Origin: Bacteroidales bacterium
GTDB taxonomy: Bacteria > Bacteroidota > Bacteroidia > Bacteroidales > JBGRPZ01
Direction: 5' to 3'
DNA: 64,000 bases
NCBI GenBank assembly: GCA_041725955.1
Contig: JBGRQE010000001.1
Location: 47,890 to 111,889 of the forward strand
In this document: positions 18,194 through 27,381 of the stretch, one piece after another
How positions within the stretch are numbered: position 1 is the first letter of the stretch
How the letters are laid out: every line of letters begins with the position of its first letter
The notes under the pieces: model-generated
Seen by the model: the letters and a program-made list of their open reading frames with translations, nothing else
Told to the model about the DNA's origin: nothing
Databases searched by the model: none
Made by a program: the position numbers and the translations under genes

Positions 18194-21100
18194 GAACTCA
18201 AAAACCAGTATCTATTCCTTATTCTTTTGGTTTTGTTTTAATATTTACTCTTCTTGCTATTGTAGGATTTTCTTTAATACCAAAATTAAATTTTACGCCT
18301 TTTCCAAGTGAGAAAAATAGGACCTTCTTGGTAAACTATTCGTGGCCAAAACATTCTGCTCAGCAAGTTAATGATCGAATAACCTGTGTTTTAGAAGCTC
18401 AATTAAATCATATAAAGGGAATAAAAAGTATAGAGGCAACGTCAAATTATGGTTGTGGTGAATTGCTTATAAAGGTTTTACCTAAGGTTGATACAGATAA
18501 ATTTAGGCTTAAATTACAAATGCTTTTGCGCAGTGTTTTTAATGAATTGCCCAAAGGAATTGATTTTCCAAGAATTAGTTATCAAACATATAAAAAGTAT
18601 AGTTCAAAAAGGCCTATCATTGTTTTGAGTATAAGCAGCACAAAAGATCTGTTAAGTATTGAAGATTTTTTTTACAGAGATATGTCATTTCAGTTATCAA
18701 GGATAAAAGGAGTGGGAAAAATAAAACTGCTTGGTCAAAAAGATAGCCACTTGAATTTCTATCTCAAAGAAAAACTTATACAATCTTTGGGGCTTTCGAA
18801 AAGAGAGATTAAGAATGTTTTGAATATTGCCTTTAAGGAGAATGATTTAGGAATTGTTTTCAATAAAAATAGTCTAGGGAATAAGTCTTCAGAAATAAAC
18901 TGTATTGCAAGAGTAGAAAAAGCAAATTCTATAAAAGATCTAAAACTTATTCCTGTTCGCAAATGTCAGGAGCGTATTATTTTAATTAAAGATATATGTG
19001 ATAGCGTTGCACAAAAAGATATATATAAAACTATACTAAGGGTTAATGGAAAAAAAGCTTTGTATGTAAATATTTATCCTGATGATGCTACAAATCAATT
19101 GTCTTGTAGAAAGAAAATTCTGGATAAAATATGTGAGTTACAACATTCTACAGAAAAGGACTTTACTGTTTCTTTAGAGGAAGATCATTTAAAGCATTTA
19201 GAATCAGAAATGTTTCGTGTTTTATGTCGAACATTGATTGCAGTGCTAGTACTGATGGCCTTTTTATGGCTATATCGACGAAATATTTGGTATATACTTA
19301 TACTCACATACTGTTTATTGGTGAATATGGGGATTGGCTGTATATTCTATGTTCTTTTTGGAATAGAAATTCACTTATATTCTTTGGCAGCTATTACAAT
19401 TGTACTGGGCTTAGTATTGGATAATATGATGGTAATGCTAGATCATATTCAACATTTCAAAAATAAAGCAGCAATTTTGCCAATTGTAGCTGCTTGTATG
19501 ACTAGCATTTCAGCTATTGGAATGATCTTTTTTTTACCGGAAGAAAGGCAAATTGGCTTGGCCGATTTTGCTTATGTTTTAATAATCAATTTAAGTATTT
19601 CCATATTTTGCAGTTTGTTTTTTCTTCCCGCGATAATTACTTTTTTTCCACAAAAGAAAATATATAATAAACTTAGAAGTCGAAATAGAGTAAAAAGGAT
19701 ATTGAAATTAAATAAATATTATCATTCATTAATTATTCGACTACGAAAATATAAGATAATAATAATCATTCTTTCTTTTTGGATTATAGGATTTCCAATT
19801 TATTTACTCCCTCCTAAATGGGATGCAGATCATTTTGCAGCCCGAATTTATAACGCAAGTATTGGATCAAGAAAATATCAATATGAGTTGAAAGAGCATG
19901 TGGATCGTTTATTGGGAGGGTGTTTATACATTTATAATTATCATATTTTTGATGGAACAAGTAGTTGGGAACCTGATGAAGACAAAGGTTATCATCTAAA
20001 GATTGAGGCTGATTTTCCTGCAGGGGTTAAGATTTCGCATATAGATGAAGTTGTACGTAAAATTGAGTCTAAGATGAAAACATTTCCTGCAATTAACAAA
20101 TATAAAGCCAGGATTGATAACCAAAAATTACATTTCGAAGTTGATTTTCTTTCTTCATTAAAGAAAAACAACTTGCCAATGGCTTTAAGAATAAAAATGA
20201 TTCATATGTCGGATCAATTTAAAGCTGCATCCTGGCATATTTATGGTGTAAAACCTGACTATTATAGTAAGCCTATCTCAAATTATTATGTTGAAGATAA
20301 TACTTTTCTGAAATTGGAAATGAGAGGTCCTGATAGGTTAATACTAAATAAGTTGTTAGAGAATATTGTTAAGCGTATCAAAGAGTATCCTCGTATTTCG
20401 CAAGTTCAAATTTTGAATAATAATGAAGATGTTTCAAAATATAAAAGCTTTAATTTAAATCTAAATAAATCCTTTCTTGGGATTTATAATATCAAGAAAG
20501 CAAAGGTTCAATCCGCTATCAGTGAGTATAATCAAGAGGGTAATGAATTTATGCATGGATATATTGATGGGCATCCTTATGTTTTTTGTTTGAATAAAAA
20601 AGAGGATGTAAAGTGGTCATTATGGAATTTAAGAAACAAACCATTAATAGATAGTTTATCATTTAGAGGAGATAATTTATTTTCCATTTCACCTAAGGAT
20701 AAATACGTTTCTATATGTCGTAAAAATCAGGCCTATTTTCAGGTTCTGGCATTTAAATATAATGCAAGTTCTACAGCAAAAAATAAATTATTACAAGATA
20801 TATTGAAAGTAGAAAATGCAAAATTACCACCAGCTTATTATCTCTCTTTGGAGAATCAAGAATTAATGAATGAATTAAAGGAAAAAAAGAAACAACCCTA
20901 TTATTTAGTTCTGTTAGCATTAGTTTCTGTTTTTTTTATATGCGCTATATTATTCGAGTCATTTATTTTGGCTTTATTGATTATACTTATTTTACCTATA
21001 AGTTTGTGTGGAGGATTATTTGTCTTTTATTTTTTTGATGTGCATTTTTCTGAGGGTGGCTTGGCTTCGTTCTTAATTCTTAGCGGTTTAGTCGTAAATG

Positions 21101-21381
21101 CTGCAATATATCTATTGGCAGAATTCAATAGAAAATTGAAAATACAAAAGAATAGAAATCAAAAAAGTATAGGTGTTTATCTAAAAGCTTTTAATCATAA
21201 GATAACTTCAATAATTTCAACAATTATATCTACATGTTTAGGGATGTTGCCATTTATCTTCTTTGGGCAAAAGAATGACTTTTGGTATAGCTTGGCTGCT
21301 GGAACTATTGGGGGACTTTTATTCTCAATTATTGTATTAATTATTTTTATTCCTTTGTTTCTGAAATTCGATTCTAAATGA
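18190..21381 (+). CDS. RND efflux permease, AcrB superfamily (subunit 2, divergent)
   Basis: 1063 aa. ATGA overlap with the upstream RND gene. TM4-like motif LGLVLDNMMVMLDH. The C-terminal half again has 6 TM helices. Confidence 0.8.
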   Translation: MRTQKPVSIPYSFGFVLIFTLLAIVGFSLIPKLNFTPFPSEKNRTFLVNYSWPKHSAQQVNDRITCVLEAQLNHIKGIKSIEATSNYGCGELLIKVLPKVDTDKFRLKLQMLLRSVFNELPKGIDFPRISYQTYKKYSSKRPIIVLSISSTKDLLSIEDFFYRDMSFQLSRIKGVGKIKLLGQKDSHLNFYLKEKLIQSLGLSKREIKNVLNIAFKENDLGIVFNKNSLGNKSSEINCIARVEKANSIKDLKLIPVRKCQERIILIKDICDSVAQKDIYKTILRVNGKKALYVNIYPDDATNQLSCRKKILDKICELQHSTEKDFTVSLEEDHLKHLESEMFRVLCRTLIAVLVLMAFLWLYRRNIWYILILTYCLLVNMGIGCIFYVLFGIEIHLYSLAAITIVLGLVLDNMMVMLDHIQHFKNKAAILPIVAACMTSISAIGMIFFLPEERQIGLADFAYVLIINLSISIFCSLFFLPAIITFFPQKKIYNKLRSRNRVKRILKLNKYYHSLIIRLRKYKIIIIILSFWIIGFPIYLLPPKWDADHFAARIYNASIGSRKYQYELKEHVDRLLGGCLYIYNYHIFDGTSSWEPDEDKGYHLKIEADFPAGVKISHIDEVVRKIESKMKTFPAINKYKARIDNQKLHFEVDFLSSLKKNNLPMALRIKMIHMSDQFKAASWHIYGVKPDYYSKPISNYYVEDNTFLKLEMRGPDRLILNKLLENIVKRIKEYPRISQVQILNNNEDVSKYKSFNLNLNKSFLGIYNIKKAKVQSAISEYNQEGNEFMHGYIDGHPYVFCLNKKEDVKWSLWNLRNKPLIDSLSFRGDNLFSISPKDKYVSICRKNQAYFQVLAFKYNASSTAKNKLLQDILKVENAKLPPAYYLSLENQELMNELKEKKKQPYYLVLLALVSVFFICAILFESFILALLIILILPISLCGGLFVFYFFDVHFSEGGLASFLILSGLVVNAAIYLLAEFNRKLKIQKNRNQKSIGVYLKAFNHKITSIISTIISTCLGMLPFIFFGQKNDFWYSLAAGTIGGLLFSIIVLIIFIPLFLKFDSK

Positions 21382-21403
21382 GTCTGTTCAAATGAGTCTG
21401 TTC
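21376..21403. repeat. perfect 14-bp tandem duplication spanning the RND stop codon
   Basis: AAATGAGTCTGTTC occurs twice back to back (21376-21389 and 21390-21403). Confidence 0.9.
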
Positions 21404-21417
21404 CAATAAGTGTGTCA

Positions 21418-21682
21418 CTATCACTCTTACCTTAAATCACTACCATTCCCACCTTTAAATCCACCGACACCTGCCCTTTAATTGATAAAAACCTCCTAGA
21501 TATTTGACGAAAACCTTCTAGGTATTTGATAAAAACCTCCTAGATATTTGGTGAAAACCTCCTAGATATTTGACGAAAACCTTCTAGGTATTTGATAAAA
21601 ACCTCCTAGATATTTGATAAAAACCTTCTAGGTATTTGATAAAAATCAAGTGTGTGTTAGGTATTAACTTACTGGGTTGCGT
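21418..21682 (+). repeat. composite head / 7x22-bp tandem repeat / tail element (copy A)
   Basis: Head 21418-21483. Seven contiguous 22-bp units at 21484-21637 (GATAAAAACCTCCTAGATATTT and variants). Tail 21638-21682. The architecture is shared with 49130-49372. Confidence 0.9.
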
Positions 21683-21686
21683 ATTA

Positions 21687-21713
21687 AAGGGGTCTGGTTA
21701 GATCCTTGTTTTT
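21687..21713 (+). terminator. possible terminator-like hairpin following repeat element A
   Basis: AAGGGGTC-TGGTTA-GATCCTT (imperfect stem) followed by GTTTTT. Confidence 0.3.
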
Positions 21714-21820
21714 AAACCATTTCAAAAAGAAAAGTATTCTTTAAGCGAATCTTACTACAGAATAGAAAAATATATAATAAAGGCTGTTCGGTAAGTGTAG
21801 AACAGCCTTTATTGTTTGAT

Positions 21821-23155
21821 TTACAGTAGTTCTGAAGCCAGATTGGCCAGCTCCGATCGTTCGCCCTTTTCCAACCGGATATGAGCATAAATATCATGAT
21901 GTTTAATTCTGTCGATTAGGTATGATAGTCCGTTACTTTGACTATCTAAGTATGGGGTATCAATTTGGTAAACATCGCCAGTGAAGATGATTTTTGTACC
22001 TTCCCCAGCACGAGTAATAATGGTTTTTACCTCGTGAGGAGTAAGGTTTTGGGCTTCATCTACAATAAAAAAGATATTCGACAAACTTCGTCCACGGATA
22101 TAGGCAAGAGGAGAAATAACAAGCTTTTCGGTTTGAAGAGACTCTTGAATTTTTCCGTGTTCTGGGTCAGATTCATTATACTGATTTTGGATAAATTTAA
22201 AGTTATCCCATAGCGGTTCCATATAAGGTCCGAGTTTATCCTTGATATCTCCGGGTAAATATCCAATATCTTTATTGCTTAGAGGAACTACAGGGCGGGC
22301 AAGTAGTATTTGCTTATAGTCGCGTCTTTGCTTTAGTGCACCAGCAAGAGCAAGGAGTGTTTTTCCTGAACCTGCCTTTCCCATAAGAGTAACCAATTTT
22401 ATATTTGGATTTAGTATGGCATGGAAAGCAAAGACTTGTTCTGCATTTCGTGGTGTAATTCTTTGCACCATTTTCTTTTGAAGGTGCTCTATTCTTTGAT
22501 TTACAGGGTTATAATAACATAGGACAGAAGTTTTCTGATAATGAATTATATAGTAGTGATTAGGGATAGGTTCTGTGATTCCAATATCCTCAGGTGCAAT
22601 TTCTCCTTCTTTGTATATTCTATCAATAATTTGGGGTTCAACTTCCATGGTAGTTTTTCCAGTATAAAGTTCGTCTACATTTTGAACCTTACCTGTTTCA
22701 AAATCTTCGGCTTGCATGCCTAATGATTTTGCTTTTAGTCGTAGGTTTATATCTTTACTTACGAGTACTGTTTTAGCTTTTGGGTTTTCTTGTGCTATGC
22801 ATAGGGCAGCATTTAGTATTCTGTGGTCGGCTTTATTACTATCAAAAATTCTTGTTGCATCCGGGCCAGAGTGACCATTCATAATTACTTTGAATCTTCC
22901 TGCTCCGGGGTGCTCAAGTTGTAACCAATCTTTTAAAGTATGCTTTTCGCTTAGTTTGTCCAGGATTCGAATAAATTCTCGGGCCTCGAAATTTTTAGTA
23001 TCACTGCCTTTTTTGAAGTTGTCGAGTTCTTCCAAAACGGTTATAGGAATCACGACATCATTATCCTCAAAAGAGTGTATTGCCATGTGATTGTATAAAA
23101 TTACAGAAGTGTCAAGAACATAAATTTTTCTTGCTGGTTCATTTGCTTTTGGCAT
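21821..23155 (-). CDS. PIN-domain/PhoH-like ATPase (PhoH2/YlaK type)
   Basis: 444 aa. N-terminal PIN-like domain (IYVLDTSVIL...). C-terminal PhoH ATPase (Walker A GKAGSGKT, Walker B FFIVDEAQN). Confidence 0.88.
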   Translation of the reverse strand: MPKANEPARKIYVLDTSVILYNHMAIHSFEDNDVVIPITVLEELDNFKKGSDTKNFEAREFIRILDKLSEKHTLKDWLQLEHPGAGRFKVIMNGHSGPDATRIFDSNKADHRILNAALCIAQENPKAKTVLVSKDINLRLKAKSLGMQAEDFETGKVQNVDELYTGKTTMEVEPQIIDRIYKEGEIAPEDIGITEPIPNHYYIIHYQKTSVLCYYNPVNQRIEHLQKKMVQRITPRNAEQVFAFHAILNPNIKLVTLMGKAGSGKTLLALAGALKQRRDYKQILLARPVVPLSNKDIGYLPGDIKDKLGPYMEPLWDNFKFIQNQYNESDPEHGKIQESLQTEKLVISPLAYIRGRSLSNIFFIVDEAQNLTPHEVKTIITRAGEGTKIIFTGDVYQIDTPYLDSQSNGLSYLIDRIKHHDIYAHIRLEKGERSELANLASELL

Positions 23156-23341
23156 AAGTAGTTTTTTTAGTAATCATTTTTTGGGCTAAAGGAAACGTGC
23201 TCAGAATTTCTTAGGAGAGACTTTTTATAATAAAGGAGCAACAGTATCCTTTTTATATATGTAAATTTATAAATATTTTTTCTCAATTTTGTTCCCACAC
23301 GAAATCTGCCAAATAATATCTGGATAAAAAATACATTAAAT

Positions 23342-26116
23342 ATGACTGCTAAAAAGCTCTTTCTTCTTGATGCAATGGCTCTTATTTACCGAGCATATTT
23401 TGCAATGAGCAAAAATCCCCGAATAAATTCTAAAGGATTGAATACTTCTGCCATTCTTGGTTTTACCAATACTTTATGGGAAATAATAAAAAAAGAAAAG
23501 CCTACTCATATAGGTGTGGCTTTTGATACAATGGCTCCTACTGTTCGTCATGAAGGATTTATCGAATATAAAGCCAATAGAGAGAAGATGCCCGAAGATT
23601 TGGCGACTTCAATTCCGTGGGTGAAAAAAGTTATTGAAGCTTTTGATATTCCATTATTATATGTTGATGGTTATGAGGCAGATGATGTAATTGGAACCTT
23701 GTCGAAAAAAGCTGAAGATAGTGGTTTTGATGTATTTATGATGACTCCAGATAAAGATTATGGGCAATTGGTTACATCAAAAGTAAAAATGTATAAGCCT
23801 GCACGAATGGGAAATGGTGCTGAGGTTCTTGGTGTAGAAGAAATTTGTGCCAAGTATGATTTAAAAGAACCTAAACAGCTTATCGATATTTTAGGATTGA
23901 TGGGTGATGCTGCGGATAATATTCCTGGTGTTCCTGGTGTTGGCGAAAAGACAGCTATCAAGCTGCTTAAGGAATTTGATAGTGTTGAAAATTTATTGGA
24001 AAATACCGACAAGCTTAAGGGAAAACTTAAGGAAAAAGTTGAAGAAAATGCTAAACAAGCATTGATGTCTAAGGAATTGGCAACTATTATAATGGATGTT
24101 CCTATTGGTTTTGATGAAGAAGCACTTGAGATAAAGAGCTTTCAACAAGCAAAAATCCGCGAATTATTTGATGAATTAGAATTTCGCAACCTAGCTAAAA
24201 GAATTTTTGCTGAACTTTCTACTCAGCACAGTAAGCAAGTAGTTCAAGGCGATTTATTCTCTTTATTCGATCAGGAAGAACCCTCTGAAGAAGAAGTTTC
24301 TATAAATACCATAAATAATACTGAGCATAAATATTATTTGGTAGATAATGAAGTGGATTATAAAAAATTAGTAGAAGATTTAGGTAAACAGAAATCATTC
24401 TGTTTTGATACAGAAACTACTGGTTTAGATACTTTGCAAGCCAAATTGTTGGGCATTTCTTTTGCTTGGGAAAAGGGAAAAGCCTATTATCTTAAAGTTC
24501 CTGCCCAAGAAGAAGAAATTGCCGACTTTCTGATTCCTTTACATTCAATATTTGCAAACGGTGGTATTGAAAAAATTGCACAGAATCTGAAATACGATTT
24601 ATCCATTATGAATCGGTATAATGTGAAGATTGCAAATCCTTGTTTTGATACAATGCTTGCCCATTATATTGTTCAGCCAGAGTCGAGACATAATATGGAT
24701 GTTATGGCCGAGAATTACCTTAGTTATAAGCCTGTTGCTTATGAAGAGATTGTTGGCAAAGGTCGTAAACAATTGAGTTTGGAACAGATTGATATTCAAA
24801 AAGTAAAAGACTATGCTGCCGAAGATGCTGATATAACTTTTCAGTTAAAACAAAAAATTAAGGAAGAACTGGATGCCTCAGGGCAGAAGAATATTTTCTA
24901 TGATATTGAAATGCCTTTAGTTGAAGTGTTGGCTTCTATGGAGAAGGAAGGTATACGTATAGATATCGATGCTTTAAAGGAAATTTCGGAAGATCTGGAT
25001 ACCCAATTAAAGAGAATTGAAAAGACTATTTATGATGAAGCGGGTATAACTTTCAATATAGCTTCTCCAAAACAGCTGGGAGAAGTGTTGTTTAATCAGA
25101 TGAAGATTGTAGAAAAGCCAAAGAAAACCAAGAGCGGACAGTTTTCTACTTCTGAAGATGTATTGAATAAATTGGCTGCAAAGCACCCTATAGTCGAAAG
25201 TATATTGGAATATAGAAGTCTGAGCAAGTTGAAGTCTACTTATGTAGATGCTTTACCAAATCTGGTTAGTCCGGTAGATCATCGTATTCATACCAGTTAT
25301 AATCAGGCTGTTGTAGCTACAGGGCGATTGTCTTCCACCAATCCGAATTTACAAAATATACCAATCCGTACTGCCCGAGGAAAAGAAATTCGTAAAGCAT
25401 TCGTTCCTAGAAATGAAGACTTTATACTTCTTGCAGCAGATTATTCTCAGATAGAATTGAGGATTTTTGCCAGTTTATGTCAGGATCCAGCCTTGGTTGA
25501 AGCCTTTAAAGAAGGAGTTGATGTTCATACTGCTACGGCTTCAAAAGTGTATAAGGTTCCTGTAGAAGAAGTTGATGCTGATTTAAGAAGAAAAGCAAAA
25601 ACTGTAAACTTTGGAATTGTTTATGGTATTTCGGCTTTCGGTCTTGCCGAGCGTTTGGGAATTTCCCGACGTGAAGGGTCAGACATAATCAAAGCTTATT
25701 TTGAGGAATATCCACAAATTAAGGCTTATATGGATAAAGTTGTAGAACAAGCGCGTGAACAAGCTTATGTTTCTACCATTTTGGGTAGAAAAAGATATTT
25801 GCGTGATATTCAATCTGCCAACAGCGTTGTTCGTGGTTTTGCCGAGCGAAATGCGATAAACGCCCCTATTCAAGGATCTTCAGCAGATATGATTAAATTG
25901 GCTATGATTAATATCTATAGAGAGATGAAAGATAAAGATCTAAAATCGCGTATGATTTTGCAGGTACATGATGAATTGGTTTTTGATGCACATAAGGAAG
26001 AGATAGATGTACTGAAGAAGATCATCCGTAAACATATGTTGGAGTCAATGCCACTGGATGGGGTTCCTTTGGAAATTGATATGAAAACCGGAAGAAATTG
26101 GCTTGAAGCTCACTAA
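23342..26116 (+). CDS. polA: DNA polymerase I
   Basis: 924 aa. 5'-3' exonuclease N-terminus (LLDAMALIYRAYFA), 3'-5' exo region, and polymerase motifs (RRKAKTVNFGIVYG, QVHDELVF). Confidence 0.96.
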   Translation: MTAKKLFLLDAMALIYRAYFAMSKNPRINSKGLNTSAILGFTNTLWEIIKKEKPTHIGVAFDTMAPTVRHEGFIEYKANREKMPEDLATSIPWVKKVIEAFDIPLLYVDGYEADDVIGTLSKKAEDSGFDVFMMTPDKDYGQLVTSKVKMYKPARMGNGAEVLGVEEICAKYDLKEPKQLIDILGLMGDAADNIPGVPGVGEKTAIKLLKEFDSVENLLENTDKLKGKLKEKVEENAKQALMSKELATIIMDVPIGFDEEALEIKSFQQAKIRELFDELEFRNLAKRIFAELSTQHSKQVVQGDLFSLFDQEEPSEEEVSINTINNTEHKYYLVDNEVDYKKLVEDLGKQKSFCFDTETTGLDTLQAKLLGISFAWEKGKAYYLKVPAQEEEIADFLIPLHSIFANGGIEKIAQNLKYDLSIMNRYNVKIANPCFDTMLAHYIVQPESRHNMDVMAENYLSYKPVAYEEIVGKGRKQLSLEQIDIQKVKDYAAEDADITFQLKQKIKEELDASGQKNIFYDIEMPLVEVLASMEKEGIRIDIDALKEISEDLDTQLKRIEKTIYDEAGITFNIASPKQLGEVLFNQMKIVEKPKKTKSGQFSTSEDVLNKLAAKHPIVESILEYRSLSKLKSTYVDALPNLVSPVDHRIHTSYNQAVVATGRLSSTNPNLQNIPIRTARGKEIRKAFVPRNEDFILLAADYSQIELRIFASLCQDPALVEAFKEGVDVHTATASKVYKVPVEEVDADLRRKAKTVNFGIVYGISAFGLAERLGISRREGSDIIKAYFEEYPQIKAYMDKVVEQAREQAYVSTILGRKRYLRDIQSANSVVRGFAERNAINAPIQGSSADMIKLAMINIYREMKDKDLKSRMILQVHDELVFDAHKEEIDVLKKIIRKHMLESMPLDGVPLEIDMKTGRNWLEAH

Positions 26117-26135
26117 ACTCTAAAACGTACCAAAA

Positions 26136-27251
26136 ATGAGTAATATCGTAAAGGATTATAGAACAATATTAACCCTAGATGCTGGGGGAACAAACTTTGT
26201 TTTTCAAGCTGTTCGTGATGGTAAGATCCTTGAACCAGGAATTACACTTTCTGCACGACAGCATACATTGATCGATCTGCTAAATACTGTAGTCGAGGGG
26301 TTTGAAAGCTTGATGCTTCATCTGAAATTAAAAGCTAATGCAATTAGCTTTTGCTTTCCGGGGCCTTCAGATTTTAAAGCTGGTATTATTGGTGATCTTC
26401 AAAATCTTCCTCTATTTCGCGGAGGCGTGGCTCTAAAGGCAATGCTTGAGAATCATTTTGATATTCCTGTTTTTATAAATAATGATGGTGATCTTTTTAC
26501 TTATGGTGAAGCAAAATCGGGTTTTTTGCCAAGAGTAAACAGACTTCTGGAGGAAGCTGGTAACGAAAAAAGATATCAGAACTTATTGGGAATTACTCTG
26601 GGAACTGGTTTTGGTGGAGGTGTTGTAATTGGTGATACTTTGTTGGAAGGGGATAATTCTTCAGGAGGGGAGATTAATAGAATGAGAAATATTATGTATC
26701 CCAATACCAGTGTTGAAGATAGTTTATCTATCCGAGCAGTGCGCAGAATCTATGCCAGAGAAGCCCGTATAAAGATTAGTGAAAGTCCAACTCCAAAAGA
26801 AATATTTGAAATTGGTATGGGGCAGCATCCAGGAAATGTGCATGCTGCAAAAAGGGCTTTTGATGAATTGGCAGTGGTTTGTGGTGAGGCAACTGCAAAT
26901 GCTGCTACTATTGTTGATGGATTGGTAGTTATTGGTGGTGGCCTTGCAAATGCATATCCTTTGTTTCTGGATAAAATGGTGGAACAAATGAACCGTAGAT
27001 TTGAAACCATGAATGGAGAATTTCTTGAACGCCTTGAAGTAAAAGTGTATAACCTTGAAAATCCAATCGATTTGGAAAAATTCTTAAAGGATGATAGTCA
27101 TAAAATTAGTGTTCCTTTTACGGATGTTCGTATTTCTTATAATCCAGTAAAGAAAATAGGAGTTGGAATTACCGAAATGGGAACTTCCAAAGCTGTGGCA
27201 ACAGGAGCTTATGATTATGCAATCCAACAATTGGAGAAAATAGGGCGTTAG
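26136..27251 (+). CDS. ROK family sugar kinase-like protein
   Basis: 371 aa. Actin-like ATPase motifs (LDAGGTNFVF, NNDGDLFTYGE, GTGFGGG). I do not see the CxCGxxGC zinc motif. Confidence 0.7.
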   Translation: MSNIVKDYRTILTLDAGGTNFVFQAVRDGKILEPGITLSARQHTLIDLLNTVVEGFESLMLHLKLKANAISFCFPGPSDFKAGIIGDLQNLPLFRGGVALKAMLENHFDIPVFINNDGDLFTYGEAKSGFLPRVNRLLEEAGNEKRYQNLLGITLGTGFGGGVVIGDTLLEGDNSSGGEINRMRNIMYPNTSVEDSLSIRAVRRIYAREARIKISESPTPKEIFEIGMGQHPGNVHAAKRAFDELAVVCGEATANAATIVDGLVVIGGGLANAYPLFLDKMVEQMNRRFETMNGEFLERLEVKVYNLENPIDLEKFLKDDSHKISVPFTDVRISYNPVKKIGVGITEMGTSKAVATGAYDYAIQQLEKIGR

Positions 27252-27258
27252 TATTTTA

Positions 27259-27314
27259 GGTTCGAGTTTCGGGTTTCGTTGTTCGTGTTTCGTTGTTCGA
27301 GTTTCGTTATTCGG
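27259..27314. repeat. 8 x 7-nt tandem array (GTTTCGN)
   Basis: GGTTCGA GTTTCGG GTTTCGT TGTTCGT GTTTCGT TGTTCGA GTTTCGT TATTCGG, followed by a partly complementary CGAAA-rich segment (27321-27345). Confidence 0.85.
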
Positions 27315-27381
27315 GTGTGAAAAACAGAATGCGAAAAACGAAATTAGAGATCCAAAAAATTAATCAAATAATATATTTAGT

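Noticed and set aside
21484-21637. The tandem 22-bp repeats (and 49195-49327) as a CRISPR array
   Set aside because: The units are contiguous with no spacers, are shorter than typical CRISPR repeats, and no cas genes or leader are nearby.
21821-23155. PIN-PhoH protein as a toxin-antitoxin or defence module
   Set aside because: It is a single-gene fused PIN-PhoH2 architecture, as found in many bacteria. No antitoxin-like partner or defence-island neighbours are present.
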